Translations under genes and position numbers: made by a program
Assembly: GCA_001783145.1 (NCBI GenBank)
Contig: MFQT01000016.1
Location: forward strand, 3,796-67,795
DNA: 64,000 bases
Direction: 5' to 3'
Source of the DNA: Candidatus Magasanikbacteria bacterium RIFOXYB2_FULL_38_10
GTDB taxonomy: Bacteria > Patescibacteriota > Patescibacteriia > Magasanikbacterales > UBA10003
Part shown: positions 9,672 through 19,309 of the stretch, piece after piece
Layout: the number at the start of each line of letters is the position of its first letter
How positions within the stretch are numbered: the stretch's first letter is position 1
Notes under the pieces: generated by a model
Told to the model about the DNA's origin: nothing
Seen by the model: only the letters and a program-made list of their open reading frames with translations
Databases searched by the model: none

Positions 9672-10055
9672 ATGAATAACGGCGATCTCGTCTTCAACAG
9701 CAGCCCCAACCACATCAACGACAAAGTAGTGGAAGTCGGTGTGGTCAAGGCATGGGGGTGGGAGCAAATCTTGGGAACTCGGGGCATCTCGGCTCGAGTT
9801 GTCCAGTTCCGGTCTCCTGATGGACAATATCGGATCAACTACACCGGCGATATGCTGACAGCGGAGGAAGGCTACGAGTTCCTCAAGCAGCACTTCAAGC
9901 TACGGCAGGAGAGGTCGGGCGATGGCGACATCAAGGGGATATCCTTCCCCCGCTACCGCAAGTCCCGGACCATGAAAGAACTCGCCACCTTCGTAAAGGA
10001 GATGTTCGACACCCTGGCCAGGATCCCTGGTCATGCCTGGCTGACCGTTTCCTAG
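9672..10055 (+). CDS. hypothetical protein (127 aa) in GC-rich island
   Basis: Long ORF on the same strand as the upstream peptide gene, with plausible non-repetitive composition. No motif recognised. Confidence 0.35.
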   Translation: MNNGDLVFNSSPNHINDKVVEVGVVKAWGWEQILGTRGISARVVQFRSPDGQYRINYTGDMLTAEEGYEFLKQHFKLRQERSGDGDIKGISFPRYRKSRTMKELATFVKEMFDTLARIPGHAWLTVS

Positions 10056-10329
10056 AACAACCTGTTCCTAACTCGCCCATGGCTAACGCTGTGGGCTTTT
10101 TTATAATTGCTAGTGAGCCCACAAGCGGAAGCGTGCTTCCATTTGGGGCGAACGACGCAATTTCAAGCGCCGTGGCAGCGCTTATTTTTACGCCCTCACC
10201 ACTCATCGCCCATCTTGACTTTTCAGCCCAAAAATGTTACAGTAACAACAAACCTAACTTATCTACTACCCCCTAGCAAAATTTTGCGGGGGAATTTTGG
10301 GCTTATACAATCAATATTTAACCAATTTT

Positions 10330-12981
10330 ATGCAAGACAAAATCATTATCAAAGGCGCACGCGAACACAATTTAAAAAATATCAGTTTAGAAATTCCCCG
10401 CAACAAAATGGTGGTCTTTACTGGTTTGTCCGGCTCGGGCAAATCCTCACTCGCATTTGACACCATCTTTGCCGAAGGTCAGCGCCGCTACATAGAATCC
10501 CTATCCGCCTATGCGCGGCAGTTTTTGGGCGGCATGCAAAAACCAGATGTTGATGAAATTGAGGGTCTTTCCCCTGCTATCTCCATTGATCAAAAGGCTC
10601 ACAGCGCCAATCCCCGCTCCATCGTAGCCACTATCACGGAAATCTATGATTATCTGCGTGTTCTTTTTGCGCGTATTGGAGATCCACATTGTCCAATCTG
10701 CGGCGGAAAAATAGAAAAGATGACCACTGATGAAATCAAAGAACATATTTTTAAAAAAATAGATGAGATCAAAAAAGCCAACACGGCCAAAGATCCGTTA
10801 GAACTCTCTATTCTTTCTCCAGTAGTGCGCGGTCGCAAGGGTGAATATTATCAAATGCTTTATGATATTTATAACTCCGGATATTTGGAAGCGCGGGTGG
10901 ATGGCAAAATCAAAAGTTTGCGTAATCAAATAATTTTGGATAAAAATGCCAAACACACAATTGAAATTGTCGTGGATAAAATTCCCATGGCGGAAAAATT
11001 TAAGACAGCGCAATCGGAATTAGGAAAATACAAAGTGAAAGATTTGAGCTCCAAAGAGCGTCTGGCCGAAGCGATTGCCAATGCTGTGGAATTATCTAAC
11101 GGCATTGCCGCCGTAATTTTTCCCGATAAAAGCGAACAAATTTTTAGTACCGAATATTCTTGCCCCAACGATGGTTACAGTTTCCCAGAAATTGAGCCCC
11201 GTCTTTTCTCATTTAACAGTCCTTATGGATATTGTGAAGCCTGTACGGGACTTGGCACAGAATCTTTATGGAGTGATAATGTTTGTCCGGTTTGCCAAGG
11301 CAAAAGATTAAACCCCAACGCGCTTAATGTTAAAGTTGGCGGTAAAAATATTTGGGAAATAACAACTTTAAACGTTAGTGAAGCCCGAAACTTCTTTGAA
11401 GATTTAGCCAAAAAATTAAATACTACGGAGGAAGAAATTGCCGGAGCAATTTTAAAGGAAATTCAAAACCGCCTGGGATTTATGTTTGACGTGGGTTTGC
11501 ATTATCTAACTTTAAATCGCAAGGCTGGTACTCTTTCCGGTGGAGAGGCGCAACGCATTCGCTTGGCTTCACAAGTGGGCACTAAACTTGTCGGTGCACT
11601 TTATGTTTTGGATGAACCAACAATTGGGTTGCATCAAAAAGACAATGCTCAATTAGTTTCCACTTTGCGTAAAATTTGTGATAGTGGCAACAGTATTATC
11701 GTGGTGGAACATGATGAAGATACAATTTTAGAAAGCGATTGGATAACAGACATCGGTCCCGGAGCCGGCAAACACGGCGGGGAAATAATTTTTTCCGGCC
11801 CCTTGGAAAATTTACTGGCGAACAGCAAAACAACAAAAGAAAAATCTTCATGTCAAATTATCGGCGATCCAGCCAAATCCTTAACCGGCAAATATTTGCG
11901 CGGCGAGTTAAAAATACCGCGGCCAACACAACGCCGCAGTGTTGACAAAAGCCAACCCAGAATAAAAATAAAAGGTGCCAAAGAACATAATTTAAAAAAT
12001 ATCAATGTAGAAATACCTTTGCGCCGTTTTGTGGCCTTAACTGGAGTATCTGGATCGGGTAAATCAACTTTGATGCATGATATTTTACTTCCAACCGTGG
12101 AAAGCCGTTTGAATCGTTTAGCTTTACCCAAAAATATTTCCAGCGTGAGCGGCACAGAATATCTTGACCGCGTAATTGTTATTGATCAATCGCCCATTGG
12201 CAGAACCTCTAGAAGCAACCCCGCTACCTACACCAAGGCTTTTGATCACATCAGAGAAATTTTTGCCGCCACAGAAGAAGCCAGAATCCGCGGTTTTAAA
12301 CCTAGCCGTTTTAGTTTTAATGTGCCGGCCACACCGTCCGAGGAAGGCAGCCACAGGGGCCTGGGCGGACGCTGTGAGAATTGCGAAGGCAAAGGCGTGC
12401 TAGAAATTGAAATGCATTTTTTGCCCAGCGTGCAGATTGTTTGCGACGTTTGCAAAGGCAAAAGATTTAACCAGGAAACTTTGCAAGTGCACTACAAAAG
12501 CAAAAACATCTCTGATATTCTAAACATGACCATTGCCGAAGCTGAAGATTTTTTTAAAGATATTCCGTTCATTTATGACAAGCTCAAAATTCTTAATGAG
12601 GTGGGTTTGGATTATCTAACGCTTGGACAATCAGCCACCACCCTTTCTGGCGGCGAGGCCCAACGTATCAAATTATCACGCGAATTAGCCAAACACGGAA
12701 CTACAAAAACTCTATACTTATTAGATGAGCCCACCACCGGCTTGCATTATGATGATGTGAGAAAATTACTGGAAGTCTTGGAACGATTAGTTAATCAAGG
12801 CAATACCATAATGGTGATTGAACACAATTTGGATGTAATCAAATGCGCCGATTGGATTATTGATTTGGGCCCGGAAGGCGGCGATGGCGGCGGCGAGGTG
12901 GTGGCAGAGGGTACTCCGGAAGAAGTGGCTAGACAAGTTGGCAGTTATACGGGAAAATATTTAAAGAGGATGCTAAAATAA
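10330..12981 (+). CDS. uvrA: excinuclease ABC subunit A
   Basis: MQDKIIIKGAREHNLKNISLEIPRNKMVVFTGLSGSGKSSLAFDTIFAEGQRRY is the canonical UvrA N-terminus. It has two ABC cassettes (second Walker A TGVSGSGKST), LSGGE signatures and zinc-finger Cys clusters. Confidence 0.9.
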   Translation: MQDKIIIKGAREHNLKNISLEIPRNKMVVFTGLSGSGKSSLAFDTIFAEGQRRYIESLSAYARQFLGGMQKPDVDEIEGLSPAISIDQKAHSANPRSIVATITEIYDYLRVLFARIGDPHCPICGGKIEKMTTDEIKEHIFKKIDEIKKANTAKDPLELSILSPVVRGRKGEYYQMLYDIYNSGYLEARVDGKIKSLRNQIILDKNAKHTIEIVVDKIPMAEKFKTAQSELGKYKVKDLSSKERLAEAIANAVELSNGIAAVIFPDKSEQIFSTEYSCPNDGYSFPEIEPRLFSFNSPYGYCEACTGLGTESLWSDNVCPVCQGKRLNPNALNVKVGGKNIWEITTLNVSEARNFFEDLAKKLNTTEEEIAGAILKEIQNRLGFMFDVGLHYLTLNRKAGTLSGGEAQRIRLASQVGTKLVGALYVLDEPTIGLHQKDNAQLVSTLRKICDSGNSIIVVEHDEDTILESDWITDIGPGAGKHGGEIIFSGPLENLLANSKTTKEKSSCQIIGDPAKSLTGKYLRGELKIPRPTQRRSVDKSQPRIKIKGAKEHNLKNINVEIPLRRFVALTGVSGSGKSTLMHDILLPTVESRLNRLALPKNISSVSGTEYLDRVIVIDQSPIGRTSRSNPATYTKAFDHIREIFAATEEARIRGFKPSRFSFNVPATPSEEGSHRGLGGRCENCEGKGVLEIEMHFLPSVQIVCDVCKGKRFNQETLQVHYKSKNISDILNMTIAEAEDFFKDIPFIYDKLKILNEVGLDYLTLGQSATTLSGGEAQRIKLSRELAKHGTTKTLYLLDEPTTGLHYDDVRKLLEVLERLVNQGNTIMVIEHNLDVIKCADWIIDLGPEGGDGGGEVVAEGTPEEVARQVGSYTGKYLKRMLK

Positions 12982-13208
12982 AAAATGGTAGTAAGAGTGG
13001 TTTAAATTATTTGTAAAAAACTATAGCGGAAAAAGATCAGAAAATTAGAGATTTTTTTGAGGAAAAATAGTGGTCGGAAAACTTTTTGCTGAAGGCAAAA
13101 AGGCAAACGGGCAACCACGTAATTTTTCCGAAGTAAAAAATCCTAATTTTCAATCTCTTGAAGCGTGTTTTTTAAAAATAATTTAAGCCACTAGATAAAA
13201 CATCATTT

Positions 13209-14444
13209 ATGATCAATCTTAAAAATATTCCTAACTCCCCCGGCATCTACCTCTTTTATAATTCCCAAAAAGAGTTGATTTATGTTGGTAAAGCCACTTC
13301 CTTGAAAAATCGCGTGCGCAGTTATTTTGCTGGCCCTCAAAATCCCAGGCCAATTGAAATAATGATCCACGAAGTCATCAATATCAAATGGATCACCACT
13401 GATTCTGTTTTAGAAGCCATTATTTTAGAAGGTAATTACATTAAAAAATACCGTCCCAAATATAATATTGACTGGCGCGATGATAAAAGCTGGAATTATC
13501 TTGTTATCACTCGTGAGAAATTTCCCAAACTTTTGGCTGTGCGTGAACATGAAATAAAACAGGGTGCCAAAGTGGCGGAATCAAAATATAAATATCTCTT
13601 TGGGCCCTATCCCAATTTGAATACCCGGGCCACTTTAAAAATTTTACAAAAAATATTTTTCTTTTCCACTTGTAAGCCAAACCAAAAACGGCCGTGTTTT
13701 AATTATCAAATTGGTTTGTGTTTAGGCGTTTGCACCGGAGAAATTACAACTAAAGATTATTCACATAAAGTCATTGCGCCCTTAGTGCTTTTTCTTAAAG
13801 GCCAAAAAAAAAGTTTGCTGAAAAAATTGACGAGCGCAATGAAATTGGCGGCTAAAGAAAACAACTTTGAAGAAGCCAGCCGCTTGCGCGATCAGATTTG
13901 GAATTTACAAAAAATCCAAGACATCGCACTTTTGAATAAAGATTTTGTCAAAGAAAAAGAAGCGACTCAAAAAAAATCAGTCCTTATTGAAGGATATGAC
14001 ATCTCTAACTTGGGCACCACTGGCAAAGTTGGCAGTTTAGTTGTCTTTAATGAACTCGGTGCAATTAAATCAGAATATAAAAAATTTAATATCAAAACAG
14101 TTACTGGACAAAACGACGTAGATTGTTTAAAAGAAATTTTAAAACGCCGTCTTAATCATTGGGAGTGGCCTTTACCAGATTTAATTTTGGTTGACGGTGG
14201 CAAACCGCAAGTGAACGCGGCTAAACAGATATTAAATGAAGAAAAAATAAATTTGCCACTGGTGGGTATTGCTAAAGGTAAGGCTCGTAAAAAAAATGAA
14301 TTTCATTTTGCAGCGGCTAAGAACAGTGAGGAAATTATTAAATGGGCTTTGCAAAACAAAGATCTACTTATAAAAGTCCGCGACGAAACTCATCGTTTTG
14401 CCATTCAATTTCAAAAACAAAAAAGAAAAATCCCGCGCGGTTAA
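13209..14444 (+). CDS. uvrC: excinuclease ABC subunit C, short form lacking C-terminal HhH region
   Basis: GIY-YIG N-terminus (PGIYLFYNSQKELIYVGKATSLKNRVRSYF), UvrBC-interaction helix (EEASRLRDQIWNLQKI) and an RNase H-like endonuclease region. The protein is only 411 aa, against about 600 for canonical UvrC. Confidence 0.75.
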   Translation: MINLKNIPNSPGIYLFYNSQKELIYVGKATSLKNRVRSYFAGPQNPRPIEIMIHEVINIKWITTDSVLEAIILEGNYIKKYRPKYNIDWRDDKSWNYLVITREKFPKLLAVREHEIKQGAKVAESKYKYLFGPYPNLNTRATLKILQKIFFFSTCKPNQKRPCFNYQIGLCLGVCTGEITTKDYSHKVIAPLVLFLKGQKKSLLKKLTSAMKLAAKENNFEEASRLRDQIWNLQKIQDIALLNKDFVKEKEATQKKSVLIEGYDISNLGTTGKVGSLVVFNELGAIKSEYKKFNIKTVTGQNDVDCLKEILKRRLNHWEWPLPDLILVDGGKPQVNAAKQILNEEKINLPLVGIAKGKARKKNEFHFAAAKNSEEIIKWALQNKDLLIKVRDETHRFAIQFQKQKRKIPRG

Positions 14445-14481
14445 ACCACTGCGGGATGTTTAAAGCTAAGTTAAGAAGCTG

Positions 14482-14934
14482 TTAGTTGACTTGGAAATCG
14501 TAATCAAAGGGATTTTTCTTACCCTTAGGATAAAAATTGATCACCAACTTCTGTTGATCTCTTTCCACACGCACGGCAAATTCATAAATTACCTTGGGAC
14601 GATGGAACATCTCGCGAGACTTTTTCTCCAACCAATTGGGCTGCTGGACCTTGGCAAACCACTCTCGCAAATAAGACTGGTTATAGTATGGATCTTGAGG
14701 CACCCCAACAAAGGCGACCCAGTAATTCAAACTATGGACGATGCTGTTGTCTAATTCCACTTGCACGTTAGACAAATCTCCACCAGACTGAAGAGCCTTA
14801 TTTAGCAAACGGGTCAAGGCTAAATAAATCTTCTTCAAAGGGTCTGACTCAAAAAAAAGACTATGCTTTAAATCGCCATGCGGGTAATCCGGCGAATAAG
14901 CAATGGCACAAAAATAAACCTTAAGAACTTTCAT
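14482..14934 (-). CDS. hypothetical protein
   Basis: 150-aa ORF convergent with uvrC. No recognisable motif. Confidence 0.35.
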   Translation of the reverse strand: MKVLKVYFCAIAYSPDYPHGDLKHSLFFESDPLKKIYLALTRLLNKALQSGGDLSNVQVELDNSIVHSLNYWVAFVGVPQDPYYNQSYLREWFAKVQQPNWLEKKSREMFHRPKVIYEFAVRVERDQQKLVINFYPKGKKNPFDYDFQVN

Positions 14935-15049
14935 GATTTACTCTCCTTTGTGAAAGAACCTTTTTTTATCAATGAAGCACAAAAAAAATTAACCCCAGAC
15001 AACAGTGAAGATTACCACGTATCCTCAATAATGTCAACCCCCTCCGATT

Positions 15050-15619
15050 TTACACTCCGATTCTAGAAAAACTATATTCCCTTACCACGATCTTACCATC
15101 TCTTTCTTCTTTTAAGCATTTGAGTTTTTTAAATTCAAAAGAATTGGCAATTATTCTAACGTTTTTCCCAGCCTCTTTAATTATTTTATCTTCTAATTCC
15201 CACATCATTCTGGGTAGCAAATAAGTGAAAATTACATCGGCTTGTGATAAATCCATTGCAAATAAATCTTCTTTTTTTATAACAGCAGAAGAGCCCAGGG
15301 TTTTTCCTTTAACCCAGGCCAAAAGAAAAACACAGGGATTAACTTCTATACCCACGCATTTACTTCCCTTAATTTTAGAAGCTTCAAAAACCAAACGACC
15401 ATCTCCGCAACCCAAGTCGTAAACCGTTTCTCCTGCTTTAATATCAGCCATTTTAATCATCATCTTAATGGCCCGGCGACGCGAAGAAACGTAAGGGGCT
15501 GTATTACGACGTGTTAAATCGTTTATTAAACTGCTAAAAGGAACAATAATAAAATAAAATATGGCGATTAAAAAAAATACCGACCCTAAAATCGCCAAAA
15601 AATAAAGCGAAAAAAGCAT
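15050..15619 (-). CDS. class I SAM-dependent methyltransferase with N-terminal TM anchor
   Basis: Motif I VYDLGCGDGRL and motif II-like region, with an N-terminal hydrophobic helix. Confidence 0.6.
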   Translation of the reverse strand: MLFSLYFLAILGSVFFLIAIFYFIIVPFSSLINDLTRRNTAPYVSSRRRAIKMMIKMADIKAGETVYDLGCGDGRLVFEASKIKGSKCVGIEVNPCVFLLAWVKGKTLGSSAVIKKEDLFAMDLSQADVIFTYLLPRMMWELEDKIIKEAGKNVRIIANSFEFKKLKCLKEERDGKIVVREYSFSRIGV

Positions 15620-15622
15620 AAA

Positions 15623-16582
15623 TTATTGAGCTAAAAAAACTTTAGTTAAATCTTCTGCCTCTTCTACATTTTCAATCCATTTAATTTCCGTAATACTTTT
15701 AAACCAAGTGATTTGACGCCTGGCATAATCATGTGTTCTAAATTTTATAAATTCCTTGGCCCTTTCCAAACTAATCTCTCCCCGCAAAAACATTCCTATT
15801 TCTTTATAACCGATTCCAGACATAGAAGGTAGACTCCATTTGTACCATTTAGAAATTAATTTTTGAGTTTCTTCTACCAAACCATTCTTAATTTGTTCTT
15901 CTACGCGTTCGTCAATTCTTTGATATAAAACCTCGCGTGTCTGAGTAATGCCGAGTTCTAAAGTTTCAAACAATTTTTCTCCTTTTCGCCAATTGCCGGC
16001 AAAAGATTGTCCGGTAAAATTAGCCACTTCTAAAGCCCTGACAACACGGCGTTTATTTTTTAAATCTATTTTTTCTGACGAAACCGGATCTATTTTTTTA
16101 AGTTCCTTTACTAATTCGGCTAAATCTTTTTTTTCTAAACTTTGACGCAAATCTAAATTGGGAGCCAGCCGGGGAATTTTTAAATTTTCTACAATCGCTT
16201 TAAGATAAAAACCGGTACCTCCAACCAAAATTGGTAAATTTCCCCGTTGTATAATTTCCGCCATTACTTGAAGGGCATATTCTTTAAATTCGGCGACGGA
16301 ATAAATTTTATCAGGCTCTATTAAATCAATGCCATAATGTCGCACGCCTTCCACGTCAAAACATTCCCGACCATTTCCATCAACATTTTTTTTTCCTTCC
16401 ACTTTGGCAGTACCAATATCCATACCCTTATAAATTTGCCTTGAATCAACAGAAATTATTTCACCTTTAAATTTTTGCGCCAAAAAAATTCCCAGAGCGG
16501 TTTTTCCCGAGGCGGTCGGTCCCACTACAGCAATTATTTTAGGTAATTTTTTAAACATAAATTCATTAAACAATTTCCCCAC
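15623..16582 (-). CDS. miaA: tRNA dimethylallyltransferase
   Basis: IAVVGPTASGKTALGI P-loop and SVDSRQIYKGMDIGTAK are typical MiaA. An alternative start at 16558 (MFKKLPKII) would remove the 17-nt overlap with miaB. Confidence 0.85.
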   Translation of the reverse strand: MGKLFNEFMFKKLPKIIAVVGPTASGKTALGIFLAQKFKGEIISVDSRQIYKGMDIGTAKVEGKKNVDGNGRECFDVEGVRHYGIDLIEPDKIYSVAEFKEYALQVMAEIIQRGNLPILVGGTGFYLKAIVENLKIPRLAPNLDLRQSLEKKDLAELVKELKKIDPVSSEKIDLKNKRRVVRALEVANFTGQSFAGNWRKGEKLFETLELGITQTREVLYQRIDERVEEQIKNGLVEETQKLISKWYKWSLPSMSGIGYKEIGMFLRGEISLERAKEFIKFRTHDYARRQITWFKSITEIKWIENVEEAEDLTKVFLAQ

Positions 16583-17873
16583 GTAAAACCCACATTCCCG
16601 CTTGTTCTACTTTCATTTTAACAATTTTTCCCACCAAACTCTCCCCACCTTTAAGCTGGGCAAACTTCATTTCGTAAGTATGACCGCTACATAAGCCATT
16701 TTCACATTTTTCTACCAATACCTCTATTTCTTTATCTTTAAAAATTTGATTCTTGCGCAAAACTATTTCCTCCATTAAATTCTGCAAAACCCACCACCGA
16801 CGCTCTTTTTCTTCGCGGCTGACATCGTCTGACATTTTAAAAGCCGGGGTGCCGGAACGCGGACTATACTTGGCATTATAGGAAATATCAAAATCGGCTT
16901 GTTTATACAAATCAACTGTTTCTAAAAAATCTTCCGCGCTTTCACCGGGAAAACCAATAATGATATCCGTGCCCAGCGCTATACCAGGACGGGTTTTTTT
17001 TATTTTAGCGACTATTTCTAAATATTTTTCCTTACTATAATGACGATTCATTTGGGATAAAATTTTATCACTTCCCGCTTGCACCGGCAGATGCAAATAA
17101 TTAACTTGCTTAGACAAATTTAAAGCGGCAATTATTTCATCATTCATATATTGTGGATCAGCGGCCGTGAAATGAATCCACTTAAGACCGCCTATTTGAT
17201 TAAGTTCCCACAAAAGAGCGGCAAAATGATTTTTAAAAGGGTTGACTTTAGAAAAATTTTCCTCATCAGGAGCTTGATAGTTGTTAACTGTTTGGCCAAG
17301 CAAAATAATTTCCAAAAAACCCTTGTCTGCTAATTTTTTCACTTCCTGCAAAATTTTTTTTACCGGCCGATTACGTTCCCGGCCACGGCTATAAGGCACC
17401 ACGCAATAAGCGCAAAAATTATTACAACCGGTTTGGATTGGAATAAATGCCTGAAAATTATTGGTATATTGCGGCGTAAAATCCAAATAATCCAACGCGG
17501 AGTTGGAAACCGACAAATACACACCCAAATTTTGCAGCATCTGAGGAAGATTAACTATATCAATAATGGGAAAAAATAAATCAGCCCCGGGGAAATTTTG
17601 ACGTAATTTATTATTCTTATCTCTGCCGGGCAGACAACCGGTAACTGCTATTACCAAACGAGGATTATTTTTTTTAAGTTCTGCCAAATTTTTTACCTCG
17701 CCGATTACCCTGTCTTCCGCACTTTGCCTTACACTGCAAGAATTCAAAATAATCAAATCAGACTCTTCCGGCCTTTCAACTTTTTCCCAGCCTAAATCAC
17801 ACAAAAAACCGGCAATTCTTTCTGAATCGCTCTTATTCATCTGACAGCCGTAAGTGATAAGATAAAACTTCAT
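16566..17873 (-). CDS. miaB: tRNA methylthiotransferase (MiaB-like radical SAM MTTase)
   Basis: UPF0004 N-domain (KFYLITYGCQMN), radical-SAM CxxxCxxC (CNNFCAYCVVP) and a C-terminal TRAM region. It lies immediately upstream of miaA. Confidence 0.85.
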   Translation of the reverse strand: MKFYLITYGCQMNKSDSERIAGFLCDLGWEKVERPEESDLIILNSCSVRQSAEDRVIGEVKNLAELKKNNPRLVIAVTGCLPGRDKNNKLRQNFPGADLFFPIIDIVNLPQMLQNLGVYLSVSNSALDYLDFTPQYTNNFQAFIPIQTGCNNFCAYCVVPYSRGRERNRPVKKILQEVKKLADKGFLEIILLGQTVNNYQAPDEENFSKVNPFKNHFAALLWELNQIGGLKWIHFTAADPQYMNDEIIAALNLSKQVNYLHLPVQAGSDKILSQMNRHYSKEKYLEIVAKIKKTRPGIALGTDIIIGFPGESAEDFLETVDLYKQADFDISYNAKYSPRSGTPAFKMSDDVSREEKERRWWVLQNLMEEIVLRKNQIFKDKEIEVLVEKCENGLCSGHTYEMKFAQLKGGESLVGKIVKMKVEQAGMWVLRGEIV

Positions 17874-17951
17874 AATAACTTATATTCTACTAAAAATGAC
17901 TAAAAAATCAACCCCCTCCGCCCCTAAGACTTACTGCTTAACAAAAAAAAA

Positions 17952-17973
17952 GACCTCCGTATTAACGGAGGAC
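17952..17973. terminator. strong hairpin terminator (bidirectional) between 17979 gene and miaB
   Basis: GACCTCCGT / ACGGAGGAC stem with ATTA loop, flanked by A9 and T5. Confidence 0.6.
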
Positions 17974-17978
17974 TTTTT

Positions 17979-19226
17979 CTACTGATCTATCTTAATTTTT
18001 ACACGACTCATTTCTTTAGGTACGGACAAAATCCAAGCCGGTGATAATTTAACCACGGCCTTTTCTATCCAGGGCAAAGAACGCAAATATTCTTCTACTA
18101 TGGACTTTTTCTGACCCAAAATTTTACTTTTATCTATCACATCTTCCAAGTAACTAACTTGAGCCAGAGCATCTTGAGCTACTTTTAATTCGGCTGTTCT
18201 TGCTTTAAGATCAAACTTATTTAAACTAATCACCGGCAAATCCGGTTTGCCAACCACTACTTCATTCTCACTTAAAGCCGCCCGCAATTGTTCTGATAAA
18301 ATTTTATTCAAACTCTGACTATTGTAAAATACTCCAATCACCACAACTTCTCCGGCTATTTTAAAACTATCGGCGGCTTCGCCTAATTTGGCCGCGCTTT
18401 TGTAAGATTGCGAGGAAACCTGCCAAACCGCATTATCAAAATTGACAGTGGATGTGCTTGTTTGCTTTAATTCATCCTGCGCCTGAACGGCCAATTCTTT
18501 AATTAAAGTTTCACCGGCTGTTTTTATGTCATCATCAGTGATTGTTTTTATAAATTTTAAGCCACCGGTCATTTTTTCTTTGTTCTCCGCAAAAATTACT
18601 TTTTGCAATTCCGTCGACAACCCGGGAATAGTAAATTCAGTCGGTCCAATTTCGTTTTCCACGCCAACTTTATCAGAATAAACATCTGATTCTGCCTGTC
18701 CCCGCGCCGGTATTACTAAAGTTTTTTTCATTCTAAACAAAATATTATTTGGAGATAACAATCTGGTGGTAGCTATCAAGGTTCTATCTTGATTAGTCTG
18801 GTTGTAAATTGTCACTCTGCCAGTAGCCTGACTGGGGGTTCCTTCGCCCTCGTCAGTCACGGCAACAAACTTCTCATTTTTTATATTTTTCTGCAAAACC
18901 ATTCCATTAATTTGATTGGGGCCGGGATTTTGTGGTACTACGCCTAAAAGGAAATCCGCTTTAACATTTTTAGGTTTTAAAGATAAAGAAATTTCCGCCT
19001 TGCCCAGGGTAAAATACAAAACTCCCAAAATTAAAACCAACGCCACACCCAAAAAGGTTAAAGCAATAGTGCGATAAAAACGCGGCGAAGGATTAAAATC
19101 CTGCGGAATTATTATTGGCGCCTTAGAAAAAAACTCCTCTTCTAATTCCGGAGGCACATTAATTAACGGCTCTGAAATTATTTTTTTCTTACGCGGCCGA
19201 GCCGTGATAGTTTTGCGTGGAGGCAT
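17979..19226 (-). CDS. bitopic membrane protein with large extracytoplasmic domain, function unknown
   Basis: Basic cytoplasmic N-terminus, a single TM (TIALTFLGVALVLILGVLYF) and a 340-aa external domain. Downstream of PilB, so possibly pilus-associated. Confidence 0.4.
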   Translation of the reverse strand: MPPRKTITARPRKKKIISEPLINVPPELEEEFFSKAPIIIPQDFNPSPRFYRTIALTFLGVALVLILGVLYFTLGKAEISLSLKPKNVKADFLLGVVPQNPGPNQINGMVLQKNIKNEKFVAVTDEGEGTPSQATGRVTIYNQTNQDRTLIATTRLLSPNNILFRMKKTLVIPARGQAESDVYSDKVGVENEIGPTEFTIPGLSTELQKVIFAENKEKMTGGLKFIKTITDDDIKTAGETLIKELAVQAQDELKQTSTSTVNFDNAVWQVSSQSYKSAAKLGEAADSFKIAGEVVVIGVFYNSQSLNKILSEQLRAALSENEVVVGKPDLPVISLNKFDLKARTAELKVAQDALAQVSYLEDVIDKSKILGQKKSIVEEYLRSLPWIEKAVVKLSPAWILSVPKEMSRVKIKIDQ

Positions 19227-19309
19227 AAAAAATTAAATTTTTAAATTTTAATAACAAATTTTGTAGATAAATTGGTTAAACAGCGCAAATTGAGGGCGAA
19301 ATAAAAAAA

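Noticed and set aside
9434-10206. Minus-strand ORFs 9434..9838, 9669..9893 and 9931..10206 inside the GC-rich island.
   Set aside because: They overlap the plus-strand ORFs. Their translations are low-complexity, Arg/Pro/Gly-rich strings typical of antisense frames in GC-rich DNA. The plus-strand genes have a consensus promoter and RBS, so the minus-strand ORFs were treated as artefacts.
10072-10296. Possible terminator (GCCCA...TGGGC + T6) and CCCCC...GGGGG hairpin just upstream of uvrA.
   Set aside because: The stems are short and imperfect. They may be the right-hand boundary or insertion scar of the GC-rich island rather than functional terminators, so they are not called as features.
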